DNA of 64,000 nucleotides. Origin: an uncultured bacterium. Lineage in GTDB: Bacteria > Verrucomicrobiota > Verrucomicrobiia > Verrucomicrobiales > DEV007. The stretch spans positions 1-64,000 of the forward strand of contig CAXBMO010000026.1 of assembly GCA_963977015.1 (NCBI GenBank). The letters are read 5' to 3'. The notes beneath the pieces are model-generated. The model saw only the letters and a program-made list of their open reading frames with translations, did no database searches and was not told the origin of the DNA. A program made the translations under genes and the position numbers. How positions within the stretch are numbered: the first letter of the stretch is position 1; every line of letters begins with the position of its first letter. Shown in pieces: positions 55,077-64,000 of the stretch.

Positions 55077-56021
55077 TTATTTGGTGTAGTATTGGTCGAC
55101 GTTTTCCGACGTGACCGGGATCAGCTTGCGGAAGACTTTGGCGGGGAGCTCTTCTCCCGCGTTGAGCTTCTGTGCGAAGCCGAAGACGGTTTTGGCGACA
55201 TCCTGATCCGTCCCGGTGACGATGACGCTCATTTTGATGGCGCCGCCGTTTTTGATGGCGTCGAGCTCGGGCTTTGTGGCGTCGACGGCGAAGATTCCGA
55301 AGTCGTCCGCGTCCTTGCCTGCCGCCTTTGCGGCTTCGTTGGCGCCAACGGATCCACCGCCACCAATGCAGGCGACGACTTTCACATCAGGATTGGACTG
55401 GAAAATGGTTTCCATCTTCGAAATGCCTTCCTGAGGATTGATGGCGCTGGTCTCGGCGACGATTTTTGCATTGGGAGCGAGCTCGGTGATGGCGTCACGG
55501 ATGCCATTTCCACGAGCGAGGAGAACGGGAAGTTGGGGGTAGTTGAGGATGGCAACTTCCGCAGTTCCGCCGTGTTGTTCCTTGATGAAGGTCGCAGCTT
55601 CGGAGCCGACCTTGTGGCCGAGATCGTAGTTGTTGATCAGCCAGCGGACGTCGGCGTTCTCGATGTCGTCATCCCAAGAGATGATTTTGACTCCAGCGTT
55701 GCGTGCTTCGCGACAAGCGGATTCGATTCCCGCGGGATCCGCGGGGTGGACGATGATGATGTCCATGCCGCGAGAGACGAAGTTTTCGATCTGCATGATC
55801 TGCTTCGAGACGTTGCTCTCACAGGCGATGAAGTTCATTTTGGCGCCGTTGGCCTCTGCTTCCTTCTTGATGGCGTTGCAGTAGCCCGACCAGGTCGGAT
55901 TGCTGAGGTCTTGGACGGTCATGCCAATCTTTAATTGATCGCCGCCTCCATCGTCGCGATTGCAGGAGGTGATGGTGAAGCTGGCGAGAATGGCAATGCT
56001 TGTGAGGATAAGGTTTTTCAT
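55077..56021 (-). CDS. Sugar ABC transporter substrate-binding lipoprotein
   Basis: Lipobox ITSC; periplasmic binding protein type I pattern. Confidence 0.9.
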   Translation of the reverse strand: MKNLILTSIAILASFTITSCNRDDGGGDQLKIGMTVQDLSNPTWSGYCNAIKKEAEANGAKMNFIACESNVSKQIMQIENFVSRGMDIIIVHPADPAGIESACREARNAGVKIISWDDDIENADVRWLINNYDLGHKVGSEAATFIKEQHGGTAEVAILNYPQLPVLLARGNGIRDAITELAPNAKIVAETSAINPQEGISKMETIFQSNPDVKVVACIGGGGSVGANEAAKAAGKDADDFGIFAVDATKPELDAIKNGGAIKMSVIVTGTDQDVAKTVFGFAQKLNAGEELPAKVFRKLIPVTSENVDQYYTK

Positions 56022-56027
56022 CGTAAT

Positions 56028-56954
56028 TTATGAGGTTGTGAGGATTGGTTTGAATGGAGTTTTTTCGGATAGGTGGGTGGGGAGTTTCGGGGTGGGGCCA
56101 TGTTGCGAGCACACAGATGCGGCGACGCGGTTGGCGAACATATTGATTTCGGAAAGCGGCCAATCGGAAAGAAGGCCGACGCAAAACGCTGCGGTGAAGG
56201 AGTCTCCGGCGCCGACCGAGTCAACGACCTTGAGTGGGCTCACGGGGCATTCGTCACTCTGGTCACGGTCCAGAAGGATGCTGCCCTTGGCTCCGCGGGT
56301 GAACGCGATGAACTTGAGATCGAAGCGGTTGAGGAGCGTGGAGAGTTGATGATTCGTGCTGCCTGACAGGCTGAAGAATTCAGCGAGGGTGGGAAGCTCT
56401 TCGTCGCTGAGTTTAAGGACGTTGGCGAGTTCAAGAGACTCCTCAACGAGAGACTCTGAGTAGAAGGGGGCACGCAAATTGATGTCGAGGATCTTGAGCG
56501 ACTGGGCGGGCATGTGGCGGATGAACGTCCGGATGGATTCCCGCGCCGTCGGAGAGCGTTGTGCCAGGGTGCCAAAGCATGCGGCGTCGAGTTGGCTCGC
56601 GAGTTCTTTGAGCTCGGCGGTGAACGGGATCTGATCCCAAGCCACGTCCGTTTGGATGTCGTAGGTTGGTTTTTGCTGGTGATCCAGTGTGACGTTTACC
56701 CGACCGGTGGCGAGTCCCGGAAGTTCCGACACGTAGCGGAGATTGGTTCCACGCCTTTGAAGCTCGGCGGAGGTTTGGAGCCCGAGTTTGTCGGTGCCGA
56801 TGGAACTTACGAGATAGGAGGTGGCGCCGAGTTGATCACAGTGATACGCGAAATTGGCAGGTGCTCCACCAAGATGGGAGGCGTTGGGAAAGAGATCCCG
56901 AAGGATTTCTCCGATGCCGGCAATCTTAAGATGTCGATGGGAAGTGGAGGTCAT
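56028..56954 (-). CDS. PfkB carbohydrate kinase (fructokinase-like)
   Basis: GGAPANFA, DINLR, VVDSVGAGDSF. Confidence 0.92.
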   Translation of the reverse strand: MTSTSHRHLKIAGIGEILRDLFPNASHLGGAPANFAYHCDQLGATSYLVSSIGTDKLGLQTSAELQRRGTNLRYVSELPGLATGRVNVTLDHQQKPTYDIQTDVAWDQIPFTAELKELASQLDAACFGTLAQRSPTARESIRTFIRHMPAQSLKILDINLRAPFYSESLVEESLELANVLKLSDEELPTLAEFFSLSGSTNHQLSTLLNRFDLKFIAFTRGAKGSILLDRDQSDECPVSPLKVVDSVGAGDSFTAAFCVGLLSDWPLSEINMFANRVAASVCSQHGPTPKLPTHLSEKTPFKPILTTS

Positions 56955-57069
56955 GAAAAATACATTGAATCTTTGTAAAGATAAATGTAACTAAATGGAC
57001 GAATAAATGTAAAGAAAAAAGATTTACAATTAGTTTGTTAGGAGTTTACAAATTGGTTACATTTAAGTC
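56955..57069. promoter_or_regulatory. Divergent AT-rich promoter with repeated TGTAA/TTACA half-sites (candidate operators)
   Basis: Three TGTAA and three TTACA; AAATGTAAC (56983-56991) is the reverse complement of GTTACATTT (57056-57064). Confidence 0.5.
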
Positions 57070-58164
57070 ATGAGTGATTCAAAACCCAGCTACTTACAAA
57101 TATATGACGATTTGGAAGGAAAAATTCGCCGTCAGCAAATTCCTGCCGGAGAGATGCTCCCGTCGGATAGCGAGATCAGTCAGACCTACGGGGTGTCACG
57201 CCCAACGGTTGCGAAAGCCTTGCAGTTGTTGAGCACTGACAAACTGGTTCTGCGGAAACCGGGTTTTGGGACGCAAGTGCTCGCGACAAGGAAAACTGCG
57301 CTGCTGGCGGGGTTGTTGATTCCTCAGTTCTCGGAAACTGAGATCTTTCGTCCGATTTGCGCGAGCTTGGCCGAGACTGCGGGAAAGGAGGGGATGCGGG
57401 TCGTTCGTCCGACTGATCTGAACGAGGTGGACGACTTGAAGAAGCGGACCGAATCGCTCGCGGAGGAACTGATTGAGGCGCGGGTGCGTGGCGTGTTCTT
57501 TGCGCCGACCGAGCATGTGGAGGAACCCGAGAAATTCAACTTGGAGATTATCGAGCGTTTTCATGCCGAGGGCATTCAGATCGTGCTTTTGGACCGGGAT
57601 GTTCACCGTTGGCCGCGACAGACGCCGCATGAGTTGATCAGCATCGACAACGTGCAGGCGGGGTGCGTGGTTGCGGACCATCTGCTGGACCAGGGCTGCG
57701 AGCATTTGGCGTTTGTGAGCAAGGACAATCCGGCGACAACGGTTCAGCTTCGTCGCATGGGCTGTCGCGAGGCGCTGATTCAGCGGGGGATGGACCCAAA
57801 GAACTTGGAGTTCGTCATCCACGATGCCGAGAATCCTGAGCTGTCCGCCAACGAGTTGCTGGCGAAAGGCGTTGATGGGGTCGTCTGTGCGAACGACGCC
57901 ACCGCGAGCACGTTTTTGCGCGGGCTCTTGGATCTTGGAGCAAAGGTTCCGCAGGACGTTAAAGTCTGCGGCTTTGACAATGTGACCTATGCGGCATTGC
58001 TCAGTGTGCCGCTGACGAGCTACCAGCAGCCTTGTCATGACATCGGCCGAATCGCGGCGGAGGCGATGGTACGGAGAATCACCGCACCGGACTCGCCATT
58101 CCTGCGGATCACGCTTCAAGGTGAGTTGATCGTTCGCGAGTCTTCCGTTGGCGGGAAGGAATGA
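57070..58164 (+). CDS. GntR-HTH / LacI-type sensor regulator (AraR-like)
   Basis: LPSDSEISQTYGVSRPTVAKAL..GFGT; VCANDATA, VPQDVKVCGFDN, LIVRES. Confidence 0.9.
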   Translation: MSDSKPSYLQIYDDLEGKIRRQQIPAGEMLPSDSEISQTYGVSRPTVAKALQLLSTDKLVLRKPGFGTQVLATRKTALLAGLLIPQFSETEIFRPICASLAETAGKEGMRVVRPTDLNEVDDLKKRTESLAEELIEARVRGVFFAPTEHVEEPEKFNLEIIERFHAEGIQIVLLDRDVHRWPRQTPHELISIDNVQAGCVVADHLLDQGCEHLAFVSKDNPATTVQLRRMGCREALIQRGMDPKNLEFVIHDAENPELSANELLAKGVDGVVCANDATASTFLRGLLDLGAKVPQDVKVCGFDNVTYAALLSVPLTSYQQPCHDIGRIAAEAMVRRITAPDSPFLRITLQGELIVRESSVGGKE

Positions 58165-58317
58165 CGAGCGGCATGGATCAATGTTAGGAAGCTGCTGCCA
58201 GAAAGCGGTTGAGCGCATCCGTGGCTGCCATACTGTCAGGGACTCATCAATCCAAGAGTATCCTGCGATTCCTCATCGGTTGAATCCTTCCCATCAAGCA
58301 ACCGGACTCTCCAGCTT

Positions 58318-59073
58318 ATGAAATTCCAAGGCAAGACAGCAGTCGTCACCGGTGGTAGCCGCGATATTGGACGCGCGGTATCGGTCAAACTCGCCCGTGA
58401 AGGCGCGAATGTCGTAGTCAACTACTTCAACAACGAAGCAGATGCCGATGCGACCCTCGCAGAAATCGAAGCGGCCGGCGGCGGCAGGGCGATCAAGTTC
58501 AAGGGGGATGTGACCAAGGCGGCAGAAGTTGATGCGCTGGTCTCGGCGGCGCAGGACGCATTTGGCGACGCCATCCACATCCTCGTCAATGTTGCCGGAG
58601 GGTTGGTCGGTCGCAAAACGCTGGAGGAGATGGACGAGGAGTTCTTTAACCGGGTGATGCAGCTCAATGTGACATCGACCTTCCTCGCGACGAAGGCGGT
58701 GGCGCCGCACATGCCCGAAGGTGGTGCAATTGTGAACCTGGCCTCGCAGGCGGGCCGTGACGGTGGCGGTCCGGGAGCCAGCGCGTATGCGACGGCCAAG
58801 GGCGCGTTGATGACCTTTACCCGCAGCATGGCCAGGGAACTGGGACCCAAGGGGATTCGCGTCAATTCGCTTTGTCCCGGGATGATCGCGACGACGTTTC
58901 ACGACAAATTTACCAAGGATGCGGTGCGCGAAACCGTCGCCGCCTCGACCCCCTTGCGCCGCCAGGGCAGCGCCGAGGAAACCGCCGATGCCGTGGCCTA
59001 TCTCGCGTCTGACGAGGCCTCCTTCATCACGGGCGTGAATCTGGACATCAATGGTGGGATGGCCTTCTCCTGA
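58318..59073 (+). CDS. Short-chain dehydrogenase/reductase, resembling alginate-pathway DEH reductases
   Basis: TGGSRDIG, AGGLVGRKTLEEMD, AGRDGGGPGASAYATAK, TTFHDKFT. Confidence 0.85.
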   Translation: MKFQGKTAVVTGGSRDIGRAVSVKLAREGANVVVNYFNNEADADATLAEIEAAGGGRAIKFKGDVTKAAEVDALVSAAQDAFGDAIHILVNVAGGLVGRKTLEEMDEEFFNRVMQLNVTSTFLATKAVAPHMPEGGAIVNLASQAGRDGGGPGASAYATAKGALMTFTRSMARELGPKGIRVNSLCPGMIATTFHDKFTKDAVRETVAASTPLRRQGSAEETADAVAYLASDEASFITGVNLDINGGMAFS

Positions 59074-59162
59074 TGCCGGGCAGCATGACATGATCAAGCG
59101 TGCGCGATGATTCAATTGGGAAGATCGCGTCGCCCCGGTTCCCATGTTCTCAGGTTACCGTC

Positions 59163-61283
59163 TCACAAATCGAACTTGATCAGCCCCTGGCGGCCAGCGG
59201 GGATCAGGACATGTCCGTCCCCGATGAAAGCCAGATCGGGGGTGCCTTGAACTTTGAACTTCTGAACGAGCTTCGGCGTTTTCAAATCGCTGATGTCGAG
59301 AACGGTGACGTCCCCGTCGATGCGATTGCAGGTGACCAGGGTGTTTCCCCGAACTGTGGGTTTGCCGTAAAAGGAGGGGCCATTGGGAATCCGGTAGACC
59401 GGTGTTTCGAAATCGTATTCGCCATCGCGAAGCGGCTTGTAGATGGAGTATCCCCCCTTGCGCGTGAGCAAGGCATAGTCGCCGCAGGCCGCATAGCCGC
59501 CCCTGCTCATGTCAGGCAATAGGCCGAGCGGGTCCGGCAGTTCAACCGGCTCGTCCTCACTCAGATCGGACATGAAGGTGCGACCGGCACACCAGGTCCC
59601 GCAAATCAGCCCATCGCCGATGAATCCGTTACAAAGTTGACGGTAATACACCAAGCCGCCCCAACCGCGAATCTGTTTCGTCCGCTGGAGTTCGTCCCAG
59701 TTGGAGACATCCAGGATTTCGTAACCTCCCCCTCCAGCATGAACGACCGCGTAACGGCCATTTGGCGCAACTCGCACCTGCCGGATCGCCCGGTTGGTCT
59801 CATAGGACGTCACTTTCTTCAGCGCCGGGCCGTCTACTTTATAACAAACCAGGCCTTCCGAGCCCTGGGCGGCATACAGTTTCTCTCCCGACATTTGAAC
59901 GTCCATGGCGAATCCCGTGGTCGGATGCTTTTGAAGAAGGCCCAGGTCCTGATCCAGAACATGGATTCCGTCTGAACCGCAGGCGGCGTAAATCAATCCG
60001 TTCTCTTCCACCGCCGCGTAGACCTGCCCGCCCGGCCGATAGCTGGCCAGGTTCTTTAGCCCGAATGGCTCCAACGAGGCAAAGTCATGGAAATCGCCAC
60101 TCGCTTTCAGTTCTCCGGCATCGGCGTTTCCCTGCGAAATCGCCTGAGCCAGGTCGTCGTTCTTGAAGAGATGCAGATCCGTGAACAAGCCCGTGAAATA
60201 CAGATAGCCATCGACGGCTTCCAATCCGCACACCGGACTGTAACAAACTTCAGCCGGGTCGAAGGGGAGAATCTTGGGCCGGGTCCCGGATTTGTCCTCG
60301 GTTTTGAGTTTGTGATACCCTTTCTCTCCCGGATAGCGGGGAATGCGAATTTGCGCCAGTTCCTTCGGCCGCTTTGGATCGGAAACGTCGAGGATGAACA
60401 CTCCGTTGTGCGTGTGATAGAGATAAGCGTAAGGGAAGGAGAGTTTGACCCGCCACGTATCCGGCCAGCTGTAGTAATACCGCCAGGCGAACTGGACGCG
60501 GGACAACTGTTTTGGCTCAGCGGGATTGGAAACGTCGTAAATGTCCATGCCGTTGCCGCTTCCGTATCGAGGGTCGTCCAGCGAAAGCTCCGCGCCCGGC
60601 TGATGATGACCGTAGGCCGCGTAAAGAATTCCGTTCTCCACCCACAAACCATCGCCCCGGCCATTGAGTTCGACCTCGGCGACCTGCTTCGGATCGGCAG
60701 GATTGCGAACGTCGCAAATCGCCACGCGGCATTCTCCCCACGCGCCGGCATAGAGGAAACCGTCGGAAACCACGCACGATTGCGCCTCACCGACCCGCAC
60801 CACGGAAACGTGGCGTAGGTTCGCCGGGTCGGAGACGTCGACAATCTCCACCCCGAACCAGCGTTGGGCGACAAAGGCGAATTGGCCTTGCACGTCGATC
60901 CCGGTCGCGAATTCGATGGAGTCGTAGTGCGAGAGGATTTTTGGCGCCGACTTGTCCGAAACATCGACGACGAACAGGCCGTCCTCCCGCGCGGTGACGT
61001 AGGCGACGTTTCCGCGAACCACAACCTGCCGAAGGTTGCCGACATTCTCCAGTTTTCCCACCACCTCCGGCCGGGCCGGATCCTTCACCGAGAGAATCAC
61101 CAGGTTTCGCTGTTGCAGCATAAAGAGGTGCTCCCCCTCGCGGACCACATCCATCCCGGGCCCGACCCCGGCATCAGCCGTCGGTTGCCGTTCGTTCTCG
61201 AACTGGAGGGTAACCGGGTTCAGCGCTTCGTCCGCGACGGTTGCAGACACAAACAACAGGGTGAGGAAAATAGTCAGTCTCAT
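59163..61283 (-). CDS. Secreted LVIVD-repeat beta-propeller protein
   Basis: Repeated [35 protein letters not shown]. Confidence 0.85.
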   Translation of the reverse strand: MRLTIFLTLLFVSATVADEALNPVTLQFENERQPTADAGVGPGMDVVREGEHLFMLQQRNLVILSVKDPARPEVVGKLENVGNLRQVVVRGNVAYVTAREDGLFVVDVSDKSAPKILSHYDSIEFATGIDVQGQFAFVAQRWFGVEIVDVSDPANLRHVSVVRVGEAQSCVVSDGFLYAGAWGECRVAICDVRNPADPKQVAEVELNGRGDGLWVENGILYAAYGHHQPGAELSLDDPRYGSGNGMDIYDVSNPAEPKQLSRVQFAWRYYYSWPDTWRVKLSFPYAYLYHTHNGVFILDVSDPKRPKELAQIRIPRYPGEKGYHKLKTEDKSGTRPKILPFDPAEVCYSPVCGLEAVDGYLYFTGLFTDLHLFKNDDLAQAISQGNADAGELKASGDFHDFASLEPFGLKNLASYRPGGQVYAAVEENGLIYAACGSDGIHVLDQDLGLLQKHPTTGFAMDVQMSGEKLYAAQGSEGLVCYKVDGPALKKVTSYETNRAIRQVRVAPNGRYAVVHAGGGGYEILDVSNWDELQRTKQIRGWGGLVYYRQLCNGFIGDGLICGTWCAGRTFMSDLSEDEPVELPDPLGLLPDMSRGGYAACGDYALLTRKGGYSIYKPLRDGEYDFETPVYRIPNGPSFYGKPTVRGNTLVTCNRIDGDVTVLDISDLKTPKLVQKFKVQGTPDLAFIGDGHVLIPAGRQGLIKFDL

Positions 61284-61372
61284 GGGGTTTGGGATGAGAA
61301 GGGATTGGGGCAGGCGTATTTGTTGTCAACCCGCGATGCACGACGGCGGTTGGGGAACCGGGCAGGAGGATC

Positions 61373-61669
61373 CTAATTCGAGGCCGTGATGCTGAAGAGA
61401 GAGGCGAAGTAGATGGCGCCGACCAAGACGAGGGAAAGCACGAAAACGGCGGTGAAGGGGCAACCTTGTTTGGAGGCGGAGAGGGCGGCGTATTTCTCCG
61501 GATCCTGCTCCTTCAGTTGGACGATGAGGGCCTCGACGAACTGTTTGGCGGCGAGAAGGTCTTTGCCCGTCGCTTCCCGGTAGATCCTGATCGCTTCAAT
61601 CTTCTGACCGGCGGCGAGGGCGTCACCGATTTGCGCGATTTGTTCGGTCGTGGGCTCCTGGTTGGACAT
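61373..61669 (-). CDS. Ribosomal L7/L12 C-terminal-like domain protein with TM anchor
   Basis: GQKIEAIRIYREATGKDLLAAKQFVE; C-terminal TM. Confidence 0.75.
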   Translation of the reverse strand: MSNQEPTTEQIAQIGDALAAGQKIEAIRIYREATGKDLLAAKQFVEALIVQLKEQDPEKYAALSASKQGCPFTAVFVLSLVLVGAIYFASLFSITASN

Positions 61670-61773
61670 GGCTGAGCCAAAAACGTAGGGCGCCCAGCAG
61701 ATTGGTCAACCGGAATAGGAGAGGGGGCGAGAGCGGAGGATCACGCGTTTGTCCTGACCTGTGACGATCTCGG

Positions 61774-61935
61774 CTATTCCTGCGTTGGTTCTTTGGTCCG
61801 TAGTGCGTCGCTCTTCTTTTCGCGCTCTTCGGCTTCGTCGGTTCGCGATTTGCCCGCAAAATAGGGGTAGGCGAGCATGGCGGCGAGGAGAATGACGACG
61901 AGAAGAGCGGTGAGGAAGAATTCGAGGAAAGACAT
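61774..61935 (-). CDS. Small single-pass membrane protein
   Basis: MSFLEFFLTALLVVILLAAMLAY followed by a charged tail. Confidence 0.5.
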   Translation of the reverse strand: MSFLEFFLTALLVVILLAAMLAYPYFAGKSRTDEAEEREKKSDALRTKEPTQE

Positions 61936-62540
61936 GGGTGAAAGGGGCTGGTTGAGCAATTGAGAGGCTGCCAGGACAGTGTGTGATCAACGCCTGGTTG
62001 CCTCTAATTCGCCTCTCGACCGGGAAAGGATACGGAGAGTTTCGCGGAGGCGCGATCGGGCTCTCAGCCCATAACATCACGATAATTCCATTAATCTGAG
62101 GTAATTCCCCATTTCTCTGTTATACTGATAGTCTTATTACTAAGAAACCTGACTACTTAAGAGAGGGACTCCTGGCATTTCTCCAGGAGGGACCGAAAAA
62201 TCTCGACGAATGCGTTGAGGAAGCCGGAAACGTGTTGAAGCGAAATGGATTCAAGGGCTCGCACAACTCTGATGATTTCCGCATGCGCGTATGTGACAAG
62301 CTCAACCAGCTGACTGCGGTTGGGCAGGTAACGAAGGATCGCTCGGTAAAACCTCCTCTGTTTTTGGCGAACTAGATTCGTTGATGAGCCGCGGATTGCG
62401 GGTTCCGGCGCTCGAGATTGAGCAAAACGCGGGACCCAGGCTTTTCGAAGGTAGCTTCGTGCCCGGATTTCTGAGAAAAGGATTCCCTTGTCACTTGTTT
62501 CCTGATTGAATGGCAGGGCTTGCGCCAAACCCTCGTTCCC

Positions 62541-64000
62541 ATGCAGTTATCCTTTCTCGTCCTCCCCTTTGTGGCCCTTGTTCTGGCCATTCCCCAGTCA
62601 GCTGTCGGAGGCGAGATGCGAACTTGGACGGACAATCAAGGACGCAAGGTCGATGCCGAAATGACCGGGTTTCGCGACGGGAAAGTGATGATGAAGCTGG
62701 CAAATGGGAAGAGCCTGGCGTTTCCCTTTGATCTGTTGAGCGAGATGGATCGCGGTTATGTGCGGGAGAACGCTCCAATCGATCCCCGAACGGCAACGCG
62801 TCAGATCGACGTAATGGTGCTGGAGAAGCTGAAAGAGGCGAACGCGGAGATCAAGGAGAAGCAGCTCGCACTTCGCGACAACACGAAGCTGAGCAGGGAG
62901 GACAAATTGAAGGAGCTGGAGAATCTCAAGTTTCGCGAGAAAATGACCTTCCCGACTCCGAGGACGAGTGATGAGCAGTTTCTGCGCCGGGTCTATCTGG
63001 ATATCGCAGGCCGGATCCCGACTTACCAGGAGGCGAATGGCTTTTTGCGCGATGGAAACAAGAACAAGCGGGCGTTGCTGATCGATTCGCTGCTCGATTC
63101 CGAGGCGTTTGTCAGTCACTTTTTCAATTACCTGAGCGATCTGCTGCGAATTCGTGACGGGATCAGCATGGGCGGACTTGGCGAGTTGAAATCCGAGGCC
63201 TACGCCGAATGGATCAAGGACCAGATCCGCGCGAACACGCCCTGGGATGAGCTGGTGGAGGAATTGATCTCGGCGGAAGGCTACTATTGGGAAAGCCCGG
63301 CGACCGGATATCTCCTGACGGATTACGGAATGGAGCTGTGCAACCTGTCGAACACCTTCACCGTGTTTACCGGCACGGAGATCACCTGCGCGCAGTGTCA
63401 CGACCACCCCTTTGAGGAAGTCTACCAGATGGACTTCTACAAGATGGCGGCGTTTTTTGGTCAGGTCGATTTCAAGAAGCAGGCCAACCCCGAGTTGAAG
63501 AAACAGCTCGACGCGAGGATCAAGCAACTGGATGCGGAAGCGAAGGCGAAGAAGGTCGATCTTCGCAATTTTTACGCTGCGGTCAGTGGGTTCGACTGGA
63601 GTCTCGGTGAGGGTGGGGCGAATAAAATCAAGCTTCCGTTCGATTACAAGTATGACGATGCGGATCCCAATCAGTCGGTCGCGCCGGCGACCTATTTTGG
63701 GGAGATCGTGGAGATGGAGGAATACGCGACGCCGCGCGAGGGGTTTGCGGACTGGCTGGTTTCCAAGGACAACCCGCGCTTCACGATCAACATCGTCAAC
63801 CGGATGTGGAAGCACGTCTTCGGGCTTGGTCAGATTGAGCCGGTGCACAACATTCCCGGTCACCTCGACGGCCAGGCCCAGAACTACGAGTTGGTGAAGT
63901 TTCTGGAGCAACTCATGAAAGAGTTGGACTACGATTTGAAGGCGTTCCTGAGCATTCTCTACAAATCGCAGACCTATCAACGTGAGGCGAGCCACTCGTC
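62541..64000 (+). CDS. SHD1 + DUF1549/DUF1553 (PSD1) protein, truncated by the window end
   Basis: My translation: signal peptide MQLSFLVLPFVALVLAIP, RTWTDNQGRKVDA (SHD1), SDEQFLRRVYLDIAGRIPT, ITCAQCHDHPF, NPRFTINIVNRMWKHVFG; not in the ORF track because there is no stop in the window. Confidence 0.9.
   Translation, partial: MQLSFLVLPFVALVLAIPQSAVGGEMRTWTDNQGRKVDAEMTGFRDGKVMMKLANGKSLAFPFDLLSEMDRGYVRENAPIDPRTATRQIDVMVLEKLKEANAEIKEKQLALRDNTKLSREDKLKELENLKFREKMTFPTPRTSDEQFLRRVYLDIAGRIPTYQEANGFLRDGNKNKRALLIDSLLDSEAFVSHFFNYLSDLLRIRDGISMGGLGELKSEAYAEWIKDQIRANTPWDELVEELISAEGYYWESPATGYLLTDYGMELCNLSNTFTVFTGTEITCAQCHDHPFEEVYQMDFYKMAAFFGQVDFKKQANPELKKQLDARIKQLDAEAKAKKVDLRNFYAAVSGFDWSLGEGGANKIKLPFDYKYDDADPNQSVAPATYFGEIVEMEEYATPREGFADWLVSKDNPRFTINIVNRMWKHVFGLGQIEPVHNIPGHLDGQAQNYELVKFLEQLMKELDYDLKAFLSILYKSQTYQREASHS

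Noticed and set aside
62080-62540. Possible ncRNA or riboswitch in the long intergenic region (hairpin CTCCTGG-N7-CCAGGAG near 62169-62189)
   Set aside because: One hairpin only, with no family signature I can recognise; an Rfam/Infernal search would be needed.
62598-63995. 465-aa minus-strand ORF
   Set aside because: Antisense shadow of the real plus-strand DUF1549 gene starting at 62541.

Overview
Bacterial DNA, most likely from a Verrucomicrobiota genome. This is inferred from the sulfatase, DUF1549/SHD1, LamG, M56/secretin-N and prepilin-type proteins; a marine lifestyle is plausible given the mannitol cluster and a DEH-reductase-like SDR. Most of the window is GC-rich housekeeping and catabolic sequence: LysR/nitroreductase cluster, sqdB-sqdX sulfolipid genes, mfd, sulfatase, ABC exporter, prephenate dehydratase, and a polyol ABC/porin cluster. 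The main feature is a visibly lower-GC island of about 13 kb (~6.9-20.1 kb). It holds a tightly coupled eight-gene minus-strand operon encoding a eukaryote-like ubiquitination pathway: two membrane proteins with matching C-terminal Zn ribbons, an E1 fused to a C-terminal ubiquitin-like domain (..TQAG-ITQPI), an HPN-type E2, two active-looking JAB peptidases (one membrane-anchored), a protein with about 5 tandem SPFH-like repeats, and a large STAND-like/helical protein. This operon converges on an alpha/beta-hydrolase + caspase-like gene pair. Seven of the eight operon proteins carry a short acidic-F-x-[IV]-[ILV] motif or a degenerate version of it (DDFKIL, DDFAVV, DEFQVV, DEFNII, DDFNII, DNFSVL...) in their disordered parts; it resembles eukaryotic LIR/AIM or SIM Ubl-docking motifs. 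Also present: an LRR-Roc-COR-TIR (Roco) gene with 14 near-identical 66-bp repeats, broken by a TAG and a 7-bp duplication, and a catalytically dead aldehyde dehydrogenase. I saw no tRNA, rRNA, CRISPR array, integrase or transposase. All family calls are by-eye motif recognition, not database searches.
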